From Dehalococcoidia bacterium (GTDB lineage Bacteria; Chloroflexota; Dehalococcoidia; Lucifugimonadales; UBA3495), in contig OZ247428.1 in NCBI GenBank assembly GCA_965232845.1, positions 2,333,543-2,397,542 of the forward strand: a stretch of DNA of 64,000 nucleotides, in the 5' to 3' direction. Positions 27,568-37,331 of this stretch are shown in pieces. Position numbers and translations under genes: made by a program. Numbering within the stretch: the first letter of the stretch is position 1; each line of letters begins with the position of its first letter. The notes under the pieces were generated by a model, which saw only the letters and a program-made list of their open reading frames with translations, was not told the DNA's origin and made no database searches.

Positions 27568-28069
27568 AGGTTCAGTTTCGGTTGGCTCGGTTGGCGTTGA
27601 ACGGGCCGCTTTCCGGCGACCTCATGGCTTCAACTGGCAAAGAAAACCCTTCTCTTTCGCGCTGCTTTCCCAACGACGGGCGTAAATTGAAAACAGTACA
27701 CCCCCATCTTCATGGCATCAAAGATGATCGCCCACCCGGGCGAAGGAAGCTTCCAGTGGTAATTCGGGCCATTCTCGGCCCGCTCACTAGAGACGGTTAT
27801 CCGGGGTCACCACCGCCGCCACCCTGGAATCGGGCCTCATGGATCTTCTTCCGACTCCTCTCCCTGTTTTAACACATTTGTTCCAAAATCGCATTGGGCA
27901 ACTGTCAGTAAATCCACCATCCTACCGGGCCCGGTACTCGCTGCTGTTGTACCTGAAGTCGTACCTGATATGGCGCCCGTCGGTATAGATGTCTGTCGTA
28001 TTTGGCGATTTACTGATTCCATTGGTTGAAACTCGCTGGCCTTCCTGCTGTCTGGCCGGGACTCAGTGG

Positions 28070-28121
28070 CCCGGCGCTTGGACCCGGCGCCTGAACCCGG
28101 CACTTGGACCCGGCGCTTGAT
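28070..28121. repeat. 13-bp x4 imperfect tandem repeat (cccggcgcttgga)
   Basis: Units start at 28070, 28083, 28096 and 28109, with 1-3 substitutions each. Confidence 0.85.
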
Positions 28122-28281
28122 ATTTCCCTGGTTTCCTACGGTTGGGAACCGTGTCCAGTTCCCTGCTTCCGCTTTTTTCCTCGTTTGCCCCGCTGCTGCC
28201 CACTCCGCCCCTTGTATCCCTTGTCCCTGCCCACTTCGTCGCGGCGGGTTTCTGAAAAACTTGCCCGGTATGCGAGCTGGC

Positions 28282-28554
28282 CTATACGTGGTCCAGGCCG
28301 TCCAACTCGTCAATGTCCATGGGCATGGCGAACCAGCAAGCCACCAGGCTGGCCCGGACTTCCTTGTCGATATCGTCCTGCAGGTCTGCTATCGGGTTGC
28401 TGAACTCCTCGTCTTCAATAACCAGCGAGTCCTCATCCATGAAGGCCATTTCCTCTGTGACGGGCAGTCGTAGCAACAGGTCTTCCAGTTCATGGACCCG
28501 GGTGTTGTGGCTCAAAAGCCGGGTAAGGGCAGAGTATTGGGCGCTGCTAGCCAT
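28282..28554 (-). CDS. small highly acidic hypothetical protein (90 aa)
   Basis: Good RBS (AAGGAG 8 nt before the ATG). D/E-rich (..IEDEEFSNPIADLQDDIDKE..DIDELDGLD). Lies between nrdR and the nrdJ operon. Confidence 0.55.
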   Translation of the reverse strand: MASSAQYSALTRLLSHNTRVHELEDLLLRLPVTEEMAFMDEDSLVIEDEEFSNPIADLQDDIDKEVRASLVACWFAMPMDIDELDGLDHV

Positions 28555-28612
28555 TTGAGAAACTCCTTAATATTCCGGCCCCGCTCAATCTGGTGCGGGT
28601 TGGTGAGTGGAT

Positions 28613-29284
28613 TTAAAGACCTTCTATCGTTTCGGTGTCCCCTTCGGCTGGAACTACTTCCTCGACATTGCCGCCGGACTCTTCATCCTCGGCTGCTGCC
28701 TGGTCCTCCGCATCGCTGGCTTCCTGTTCCAGGTTGGGGTCGGAAAGGGTTGTTTCCTGGTCTCGTGTCCTTCGCCCTCTCGTCACCCGGCGACGCTGCC
28801 GACTGGGCCCCGGTTCTATGTGCGGGAGAGTTAGCTGAGTGCCACCCCCCTCTCGCAAGTCCTTTACCGCCTGCTCAAAACTGTCGATGTCCTGGAAGTC
28901 CCGGTAAACACTGGCGTATCGGATGTAGGCCACCCGATCCAGGCTTTTCAGTTGTTCCATTACCACTTCGCCAATCTGACTGGCGGTCACCTCACCCTGC
29001 CCCTGAAGTTCCCCTTCTATCTCCTCAACAAGTCTTTCTATGGTATGGGCGGAAACAGGCCGCTTGGCGCATGCCTTCCGGATCCCGCCGGCCAGCTTTT
29101 GGCGGTCGAACTCTTCGCGCCGGTTGTCCCGTTTGGTTACCATTACCGCAGTGTTATGAATCCGCTCGTAAGTGGTGAACCTGCGGTGGCACTCCAGGCA
29201 TTCCCGGCGCCTTCGAACACCGTTTTGCACGTTCCGCGAATCCGTTACCCTGGAATCGATGGAACCACAGTAGGGACACCGCAT
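28613..29284 (-). CDS. nrdR: transcriptional repressor NrdR with ~70-aa acidic/basic C-terminal extension
   Basis: MRCPYCGSIDSRVTDSR...RRRECLECHRRFTTYE zinc ribbon plus an ATP-cone (..KRDNRREEFDRQKL..GIRKAC.KRP). 223 aa, versus the ~150 aa usual for NrdR. Confidence 0.95.
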   Translation of the reverse strand: MRCPYCGSIDSRVTDSRNVQNGVRRRRECLECHRRFTTYERIHNTAVMVTKRDNRREEFDRQKLAGGIRKACAKRPVSAHTIERLVEEIEGELQGQGEVTASQIGEVVMEQLKSLDRVAYIRYASVYRDFQDIDSFEQAVKDLREGGGTQLTLPHIEPGPSRQRRRVTRGRRTRDQETTLSDPNLEQEASDAEDQAAAEDEESGGNVEEVVPAEGDTETIEGL

Positions 29285-29298
29285 TGTCCTTTTCCGAG

Positions 29299-29327
29299 TT
29301 TTAAACTATTCTTAAAATAGTTTAAAA
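29299..29327. promoter_or_regulatory. 29-bp AT-rich near-perfect palindrome just upstream of the nrdR RBS
   Basis: ttttaaactatt-c-t-t-aaaatagtttaaaa is centred at 29313, with 13 of 14 arm positions complementary. Candidate operator or promoter element. Confidence 0.35.
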
Positions 29328-29723
29328 AATACTTTATCTTGTATTTTCGCTCTTGAACAGTACTACTTATAGTAGCCCAATTGCTCTTTTTTTGGTAGGC
29401 CGGATTCTATTATTCCTTGAATTCCTTAGTCAAGGTATTTTGGGGGTCCAAAAACAGCATTTCACCAATTTTCACGAACTCTTCAGACCGGCTCCCTTTT
29501 CCGTCATCCAGGGAAATGCCCCTGCCCTTTAAATGGCAACAGCAAGAACGCAAAGCGTCAAAAGCGGGGCGCAAAGGCCTGAAGGGCAATGTGAGGTGTA
29601 GCCAGGAGTTGGAAGAGAGGGACTGATCCGGCAGGCGTTACCCAAGAGGTATCGGACCCGGAAATCACGCAAAAGGGATACCGGAAGAGCATGTGCGTCC
29701 GGCGCGCGGCTATCGGTGTGAAG

Positions 29724-29767
29724 AGGGCAAAAAAAGAAGCAGGCCGACCCGATAATCGGGTCGGCCT
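29724..29767 (-). terminator. rho-independent terminator (minus strand)
   Basis: GC-rich 11-12 bp stem aggccgacccg / cgggtcggcct (29741-29767), followed on the minus strand by gcttcttttttt. Confidence 0.65.
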
Positions 29768-30093
29768 AAAGCAGGTTCTCGGCGCTCAAATGGTCAGCGA
29801 TACTGAAAAAAATGTACTACTGCTAGGAGCCTCCGAGAATATTCCTCTCATTAGGAATCTGGTGGTAAGTTATCACTTTGGTTTGGAGACCGGCAAGGGG
29901 AAAGCTTGCCGGTTTCATCCATTTTTGACTTCCTTGACCTTAACCGACCTTAACCTCGCACTGACTCTACTTTCCCCTGGGCCAGAACTTTCGCCATACC
30001 CTGGACCGGCGTTCTTCCTGCCGGGCCAACCCTTCAAAGTCCCGGGTATGGCCGATTATTTGGCCGGCGGAATGGTCGTCGCCAGCCTCCGGG

Positions 30094-31248
<1,155 letters not shown>

Positions 31249-31387
31249 AATTACATTCCTCCGAATTCCTGAATGGTTTGAGAATTTTTACTTTGTCCGG
31301 TCTCTTCCCGGTCCCCGGCAGTTGCTTGCCTGTTGCTGCGGCAATCCCCTGGCCTGGTCCGGTCGGAACTTCTCTCTCAAGCGTCGC

Positions 31388-32632
31388 CTATCCGGCAACC
31401 TTCTCCCGGTTGCGCTTGAAAATGCTGAGCAGAGACTTGTAACCCTTGCCTGATTCTTCGGGCGCCCGGTAGGTGCGGCCCTCTCCCTGGTGCTTGATGC
31501 CCCAAAGCAGGGTTCCCACCGCTGCGGAAAAGCCGGGCTTGCGCAGTTGCGTGGGCAGGCCGGCCACTCCCGTGGGATAGGCGATCCGTACCGGCTCGCC
31601 CAGCACGCTCTCCGTAAATTCCTGCAGGCCCGCTATATCGGCGCTGCCGCCGGTGTATACCACGCCCCCGTCGGGCAGGCGGTTCAGGCCGGCCTGGGAC
31701 ATCCGCTGAACAATCATTTGAAGTATTTCGTACATGCGGGCATTGAGCGGTTCGCACATGTGCCGGCGCTTTACCAGTTTCTGGGGCTGCCCCTGCCCGC
31801 CGGAAAGAATCAGCTCTTCATCAGGGTCTACCAGTTCGGGCATTACGTTGCCCCGTTTGATCTTTGCATCTTCCGCCACATGGAAGGGAATTCGCTCGGC
31901 CACCGCCAGGTCCCGGGTCAGTTGGCTTCCGCCCACCGGCAGCACGGTGGAGAACCAGGGGCTGCCGTACTGGAAAACGGTCACGTCGGTGGTGCCGCTG
32001 CCTATATCTATCAGCAGGACACCCAGTTCGCGTTCGTCGGCGGTCAGGGTGGCTTCTGCCGAGGCCAGCGACTGCAGCACCAGGCTGTTCACCGGCATCC
32101 GGTTCGACTCCACCGCGTTAACTGTATTCTTGAGAATTACTGCGTCGCCTATGGCTACGTGGGCTTCCAGTTCCACCTGGTTGGCGTGCAGCCCGATGGG
32201 GTTCCGCACTCCGGAAAGACCATCCACCGCGTAGCCGATGGGAATAATATGAAGTATTTCCTGACCTTCCCCCAAAGCCGGGAAGGATGACTGGATAAAC
32301 TGGTGCATGTCACTGGAAGAAATGCTGCCCAGATCGGTAGGATGCTCCATCACATCCTTGACGTTGCTGCTGTAAATGTGACCGCCGCTGACCACCACGT
32401 AGGCGCCCGGGTTGTAACCCTTGCCCACGTACTTCTGGGCCTCCGCTATCGAGGTGCGGACCGCCTCTTTGACCTCTTCTATGTCGTCTATACATCCCTT
32501 TTGCATCCCTTGGGACGGGGCGATGCCGGTGCCGAGCACCTTCAACTCCCCTTCGCTGCCCACTCGGGCCACGACGGTGACAACTTTGCTGCTGCCAATA
32601 TCCACTGCCGTGTAGAATGTTTCTTTAGCCAA
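31388..32632 (-). CDS. ftsA: cell division protein FtsA
   Basis: Actin-fold motifs AVDIGSSKV.., ..LIDIGSGTTDV.., ..VYTGGSADIAGL.. Confidence 0.95.
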   Translation of the reverse strand: MAKETFYTAVDIGSSKVVTVVARVGSEGELKVLGTGIAPSQGMQKGCIDDIEEVKEAVRTSIAEAQKYVGKGYNPGAYVVVSGGHIYSSNVKDVMEHPTDLGSISSSDMHQFIQSSFPALGEGQEILHIIPIGYAVDGLSGVRNPIGLHANQVELEAHVAIGDAVILKNTVNAVESNRMPVNSLVLQSLASAEATLTADERELGVLLIDIGSGTTDVTVFQYGSPWFSTVLPVGGSQLTRDLAVAERIPFHVAEDAKIKRGNVMPELVDPDEELILSGGQGQPQKLVKRRHMCEPLNARMYEILQMIVQRMSQAGLNRLPDGGVVYTGGSADIAGLQEFTESVLGEPVRIAYPTGVAGLPTQLRKPGFSAAVGTLLWGIKHQGEGRTYRAPEESGKGYKSLLSIFKRNREKVAG

Positions 32633-32736
32633 GATGTTCCGTCCTTCTGAAACCAGAGTGATTAACCGGAATCACCAACATTACCTTCTTATCCCTGCGT
32701 CTGGCCCGGGCTTGCTTTCTCTTCAGCCCGTTACCT

Positions 32737-33732
32737 CTATCCAGCCAGGCGCTGGGCTACTCTCAATCGGGCGCTGCGACTGCGCGGATTCTCCGCTATT
32801 TCCCCGGCGCTGGGCCTGATAATCCGCCGGTTGACCAGGCTTACCCTGGGCTGGTGCTGGCATACGCACACCGGCAACCTGGGTGGGCATATACACTGCG
32901 CCGCCTCCCTTGCCAGGAAGGTCTTTACCCGCCGGTCCTCCAGGCTGTGATAACTGATTACCGCCAACCTCCCCGAGGGGGCCAGCAAGTCGACTGCCGC
33001 CTGCAGCCCGGTTGTCAGCGTGTTCAACTCGTCGTTAACCGCAATGCGCAGGGCCTGAAAAGTACGGGTTGCCGGATGAGTCCTGCTGGTCCTCCGACCG
33101 GCGCCGCTCCGTGAGCCTCGCCCTGACTGCCTCCCTGCCGCCCCCGCCACCACACTCGCCAGCTGGGCGGTACTGCTGATGGGCCTCTGCCGGACTATCG
33201 CCGATGCTACGGCTCCTGCCCGAGGCTCTTCGCCGTACTCCCTCAAAACGGCTACCAGGCCCTCTCGGGACCAGGTATTCACGATATCGGCCGCCGTGGG
33301 AATGTCTGCTTCCGGATTGAAGCGCATGTCCAGCGGTTCGTCTTGCTGAAAGCTGAAACCAAAACCGGAGCCGTCCACTTGCCGAGAGGATATCCCCAAA
33401 TCCAGCAGAACCCCGTCTGCCCTTGCCTCACTTCCCAACATCCCATGGACCAGGGATACCATCTCGGCATAGCTTCCCAATATTGGAGTAAATTGCACTC
33501 CATAGGGAGCCAGACGCTGCTCAGTTCGGACCAGGGAACGAGGGTCCAGGTCGATACCACACACACTCCCAAGAGGGGCGGACGCCCGGAGGAGGGCCAA
33601 CGCATGGCCTCCATCCCCCACTGTCCCATCTACATACACACCGCCCGGGCGTACACCCAACTGACCCAATACCTCCGTCAACAACACGGGAAGGTGAAAA
33701 GGGACTGTTACCCCTTCTGCCTGATCTGCCAT
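32737..33732 (-). CDS. rsmH: 16S rRNA (cytosine1402-N4)-methyltransferase RsmH/MraW
   Basis: HLPVLLTEVL.., ..VDGTVGDGGHA.., ..DLGISS.Q.D.., ..ISYHSLEDR.VK.. Confidence 0.95.
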   Translation of the reverse strand: MADQAEGVTVPFHLPVLLTEVLGQLGVRPGGVYVDGTVGDGGHALALLRASAPLGSVCGIDLDPRSLVRTEQRLAPYGVQFTPILGSYAEMVSLVHGMLGSEARADGVLLDLGISSRQVDGSGFGFSFQQDEPLDMRFNPEADIPTAADIVNTWSREGLVAVLREYGEEPRAGAVASAIVRQRPISSTAQLASVVAGAAGRQSGRGSRSGAGRRTSRTHPATRTFQALRIAVNDELNTLTTGLQAAVDLLAPSGRLAVISYHSLEDRRVKTFLAREAAQCICPPRLPVCVCQHQPRVSLVNRRIIRPSAGEIAENPRSRSARLRVAQRLAG

Positions 33733-34458
33733 CTCTGACCTACCGGGCTCCGGACCGATGCCAGGGGAAATACAAGAGGGCCGACGGACCGGAAATTCCT
33801 TGCCAATGTGCCGACAGAGGAACCATTATCTCCCGTTGGGACGCCTCGTCCTCTGTCCGAACTGCCGGGGCCAAAAGAGTGGGATTGGGACACCGGCGCC
33901 GTGCCGTTAACCTCGGGGAGACCTGGCAAAGACTAAAACGTGAATGCCGGACTTGCCGGGGATTTGCGGCAGCTAACCGGTTTAACTTGTCTGAGGGCAA
34001 CCCAACCCAACCATGCCCCTGGCCGACGATTGATCGACGTCTCTCCTGCCCTTGAGAGTCTGGAGAGAGCCTTTAGAGACCGATGCGAGGCTCTGCAGAA
34101 GCCCCGAACGGCGGTAATGTAGAGTGATACGGAGATGTGATCCACACACTAACCCCTCACCACCATCACTGGCCTGACGTTATCAACCACGGGAAGATCG
34201 TGTCAACGGAAAATGCTGTCTTTTTTATATTAATTTTAGAAATTCTCATTTTTGGTCAATGTATCAGACTTTGTTCAGGAGCTTTCAGGTCACCACGGGA
34301 CCCTCACCCACACCTCATTGACCCGTACTTCCCCCATCGAACCGGGCCGGAGGGATACTGAAAATACATCGGGTCACCCAGTAAGAAGAAACCTAGATTA
34401 TGTCACCCTGAACCTGCAGGAGGATCCAAGACCCTTCCTTTCAAGCCATTCAAGACCG

Positions 34459-34500
34459 CTGCTTCATGACCACTGCTTCATGACCGCTGCTTCATGACCA
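34459..34500. repeat. 14-bp x3 tandem repeat (ctgcttcatgaccr)
   Basis: Units start at 34459, 34473 and 34487; a partial fourth follows. Confidence 0.85.
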
Positions 34501-34622
34501 CTGCTGATTCTCGGCCGCGCATCAAGTCCACGATTTCTAATGCTTCCCGATGTTTCTCCCGAGCGCTGCCGAAAGGTATCGCATGACATTTACCTGAGCC
34601 GCATCGCCCTGAACCCGGCCGC

Positions 34623-35156
34623 CAGGGCAATCGCGTTTTAAGTTCGTGTTGATATGTGCAAGTTCTTTCTGATGGTAAAACATGTCACCCTGAGCTTGCC
34701 GAAGGGTCTAAAGTCCCTGACAGCAGTCAGGCTCAAGGCCCGAAACACTGCTGGGAAAACATGTCACCCTGAGCTTAAAACATGTCACCCTGAGCTTGCC
34801 GAAGGGTCTAAAGTCCCAGACAGGAGTCAATCTCAAGGCCCGAAACTCTGCTGGGAAAACATGTCACCCTGAGCTTGCCGAAGGGTCTAAAGTCCCTGAC
34901 AGGAGTCAGGCTCAAGGCCCGAAACTCTGCTGGGAAAACATGTCACCCTGAGCTTGCCGAAGGGTCTAGAGTCCCCGACAGGAGTCAGGCTCAAGGCCCG
35001 AAACACTGCTGGGAAAACATGTCACCCTGAGCTTGCCGAAGGGTCTAAAGTCCCTGACAGGAGTCAGGCTCAAGGCCCGAAACAAGGTTGCTGGGTTGGA
35101 GTTTAGATGCTTCGGCTTCGCTCAGCATGACAATCGTTTATAACGCGATTGCCCTG
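34623..35156. mobile_element. MITE-like element copy 2 (534 bp) carrying a 79-bp tandem array
   Basis: TIRs cagggcaatcgcgtttta (34623-) and taacgcgattgccctg (-35156). Perfect 10-bp flanking duplication acccggccgc (34613-34622 and 35157-35166). Confidence 0.7.
34678..35093. repeat. 79-bp tandem repeat, 5 full units plus one 20-nt partial
   Basis: The unit is aaacatgtcaccctgagcttgccgaagggtctaaagtccctgacaggagtcaggctcaaggcccgaaacactgctggga. Full units start at 34678, 34778, 34857, 34936 and 35015; the partial is at 34757-34776. Each unit has a cctgac-agga-gtcagg hairpin. Confidence 0.9.
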
Positions 35157-35272
35157 ACCCGGCCGCCTCCCAGCTAAACCTTTCTTCCTGACGGGTGTAT
35201 ACTGGCCCTTGACCTCCTCTCAACCTGCCGGTGGCTCAGGCACCGGTTCGCTTATCCCACTGATGGACGGCA

Positions 35273-36646
35273 ATGATGACCACAGTCTCCCCGGTCAAGG
35301 AACGCAAGCCAATCTTCTATGGCTGGTACATCGTTGCCACCTGCATCTTCGTGGCTTTCGTAACCAACGGAGCCCGCAACAGTTTCGGTATTTTTGTCCT
35401 TCCCATGAGCGAGGAGTTCGAGTGGAGCCGCGGCACCATTTCCTTCGCCGCCGCCCTGGGCTTTCTGGTCAATGGACTGACTCAACCCTTTATGGGCCGG
35501 TTGCTGGACCGTTTCGGTGGCCGCAAAGTAATCGTCTCAAGCATTGCCATTTTCGGCCTGGCCACGGTGGCCCTCAGCCTCACCTTCCATCTGTTATTCC
35601 TGATCTTTATATTTGGCTTCGTCTCATCGGTGGCCCTCAGCGGAATGTCGCTGAACAACACCGGTACCCTCCTGTCCCGCTGGTTCCGGAGAAAACGCGC
35701 CACGGTCGTCGGGCTTAACGCCTCCGGGTTATCCGCCGGTGGACTGCTGCTGGTGCCCCTCGGCATGTACTTGCTCCAGGCCACCAACTGGCGCGTCACC
35801 TGGATCGCTTTCGGTGTGCTGATACTGGTCCTTTCCGTGCCGCTGGCTTTCTTCTTCCTCCGGGACGACCCGAAGGACATGAACCTGAATCCGGACGGCG
35901 ACGAATCGCTGCCGGGCACAACGCCCGGGTCGATCGCCGGACGCATGGCCGGGATACTGGATACCGACCGCTGGGCTCAGTCCTTGCGTTCCATGCCCAT
36001 GTGGCAGATGACTATCGCCTACTTCGCCTGCGGGTACACCACCGCCGTCCTGTCGGTCCACTTCATTCCTTTCGCATACTCGTTGGGCCTGACGGAAAAG
36101 GCCTCATATAACCTGTTGTGGTTCAATTTGGACGGGGAAATGCTGGCCGCTATCATCTTTTCGCTGATGATGGGCCTCAACGTGGTAGGCAGCATCGGCG
36201 CAGGCATCCTGTCCGACAAGTTCAGCCGAAAGAACATGCTGGCCCTGGTCTACTTTGTTCGGGGCACGGCCTACCTGTCGATGCTTGCTGCGGTGGAATT
36301 CCTCGGGCTGGGAGCCCCTGCCCTGGTGATATTCGCCATAATTGCGGGAACCTCCTGGATCGCCACCGCTCCCCTTACGACCGCATTGATCGCTGATGTT
36401 TACGGGGTAAGGGCCCTGGGAACCATTTCCGGCATCGCCTTCCTGGTACACGCTGCCGGCAGCGCCCTCAGCATCTGGCTGGCCGGATTCCTCTTTGACC
36501 TTACCGGCTCTTACACCGTGCCCTTCGTTATCGCCGGCCTTTTGCTGTTCCCCGCGTCGGCGTTTGCCTTCTCCATCAAGGAGAAGAAGTACTCCTCGCG
36601 CTACCAGCGGATGGCGCCGGCGGCAGTCCCCGCGGCCGGCGATTAG
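35273..36646 (+). CDS. MFS transporter (oxalate/formate antiporter-like subfamily)
   Basis: 457 aa, 12 TM helices. ..GWYIVATCIFVAFVTNGARNSFGIF..GRLLDRFGGRKV.. Confidence 0.9.
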   Translation: MMTTVSPVKERKPIFYGWYIVATCIFVAFVTNGARNSFGIFVLPMSEEFEWSRGTISFAAALGFLVNGLTQPFMGRLLDRFGGRKVIVSSIAIFGLATVALSLTFHLLFLIFIFGFVSSVALSGMSLNNTGTLLSRWFRRKRATVVGLNASGLSAGGLLLVPLGMYLLQATNWRVTWIAFGVLILVLSVPLAFFFLRDDPKDMNLNPDGDESLPGTTPGSIAGRMAGILDTDRWAQSLRSMPMWQMTIAYFACGYTTAVLSVHFIPFAYSLGLTEKASYNLLWFNLDGEMLAAIIFSLMMGLNVVGSIGAGILSDKFSRKNMLALVYFVRGTAYLSMLAAVEFLGLGAPALVIFAIIAGTSWIATAPLTTALIADVYGVRALGTISGIAFLVHAAGSALSIWLAGFLFDLTGSYTVPFVIAGLLLFPASAFAFSIKEKKYSSRYQRMAPAAVPAAGD

Positions 36647-36684
36647 CCGGGCCGGGGCAAATCAACGCTGTACGGGCTATTGGT

Positions 36685-36999
36685 ATGCTTGGTTTGGGTT
36701 TGTGGCTGCCAGCGCAATGGCTAACGGGCCAGTGGCTAACTGGTCAATGGCCAGTGGGCCAGTCGTTAATCGGTCAGTGGCTTCCGGTGGACTTGTCCGC
36801 ACTTCTGTTAACTCTGGCCACCCACCACGACGAGATAGTGGACCCGGACTTTCTGGCGTGGCTGAAATCCCAGCTTGACCACCTGGTAACCTTTGAACCC
36901 TGGGTGCTGGTAATTGTCCTGACCCTGGTTGTGCTGGCGATCCCCGCAGGTATTGTCGGGTTCTACCTGTACCAGCAGCGGCGGATGAATTATTCCTGA
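36685..36999 (+). CDS. possible tail-anchored small protein with QWLTG pentapeptide repeats
   Basis: 15-bp tandem repeats encode QWLTGQWLTGQWPVGQSLIGQWL. C-terminal TM helix WVLVIVLTLVVLAIPAGIVGFYLY. No homology recognised. Confidence 0.4.
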   Translation: MLGLGLWLPAQWLTGQWLTGQWPVGQSLIGQWLPVDLSALLLTLATHHDEIVDPDFLAWLKSQLDHLVTFEPWVLVIVLTLVVLAIPAGIVGFYLYQQRRMNYS

Positions 37000-37090
37000 T
37001 TTCCACGGCGTGCGTGTCAATCAGGAATGCTGTAGAGGAGAAGAGGAAAGGGTAATTCGAGGAAACGCCGAGGGCTACGCAAAAAAAATC

Positions 37091-37121
37091 AGGGACGGAA
37101 CTGTCGCTCCGTCCCTTTTTC
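37091..37121. terminator. bidirectional rho-independent terminator
   Basis: agggacgga-actgtcgc-tccgtccct is flanked by A8 (37081-37088) upstream and T5 (37117-37121) downstream. It would serve the convergent ORFs 36685-36999 (+) and 37146-37331 (-). Confidence 0.65.
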
Positions 37122-37145
37122 TATCCTGAAGCAGAACAGAAACTA

Positions 37146-37331
37146 CTAACCGGGATTATGCTTTTCAACCAGGGGACCAACGCGGGCATCGACATTGCCT
37201 ATCGGCTGGCCGGCGTCCACCCGGGCTACCGCCAGGTGGGCGTCCCGCTGGATTTCTTCCCATTCGGGTTCCAGTTCGTATTCATCGCGCAATTCGTCGA
37301 ACAAAGCGGTTAACGCGTTCTGATCAAACAT
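37146..37331 (-). CDS. small acidic hypothetical protein (61 aa)
   Basis: ORF ends 25 nt before the terminator hairpin. The SD-like GGAGGAGG is rather far (~18 nt) from the ATG. Confidence 0.4.
   Translation of the reverse strand: MFDQNALTALFDELRDEYELEPEWEEIQRDAHLAVARVDAGQPIGNVDARVGPLVEKHNPG

Noticed and set aside
27700-27860. Cobalamin riboswitch in the nrdJ leader (ACCACUGG and A(A/C)AGGGA strings on the minus strand)
   Set aside because: The GCCACUG B12 box and the GGUG.AA.CC / GGGAAG core are not convincingly present or correctly spaced. A B12 riboswitch in front of a B12-dependent RNR would also be biologically atypical. Needs an Infernal scan; not claimed.
28613-29420. Canonical NrdR boxes upstream of nrdR, or in the orf157-nrdJ leader (27568-28281)
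   Set aside because: Candidate strings (aacacatttgttcc at ~27868, actacttatagtag at ~29370) match the 16-bp consensus poorly. Only the unrelated AT-rich palindrome is reported.
33930-33965. RNase P RNA: minus-strand GGCAAGUCCGGC resembles the GGAAAGUCCGGGC P4 motif
   Set aside because: The other universal RNase P elements (for example the ACAGAA.CCGGCUUA-type 3' P4 strand and the GGUAAGAGC-type segments) are not present nearby. The similarity is a short partial match.
33740-34145. mraZ upstream of rsmH (ORFs 33740-34000 and 33933-34145, minus strand)
   Set aside because: Translations show none of the duplicated MraZ/SpoVT-AbrB motifs and have biased, non-protein-like composition.
34678-35093. 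Possible CRISPR array (regular 79-bp periodicity) and, similarly, the 60.0-61.6 kb repeat region
   Set aside because: Units are contiguous, with no unique spacers of uniform length between short repeats. No cas genes are in the window. The structure is a tandem array nested in a TIR/TSD-bounded element.
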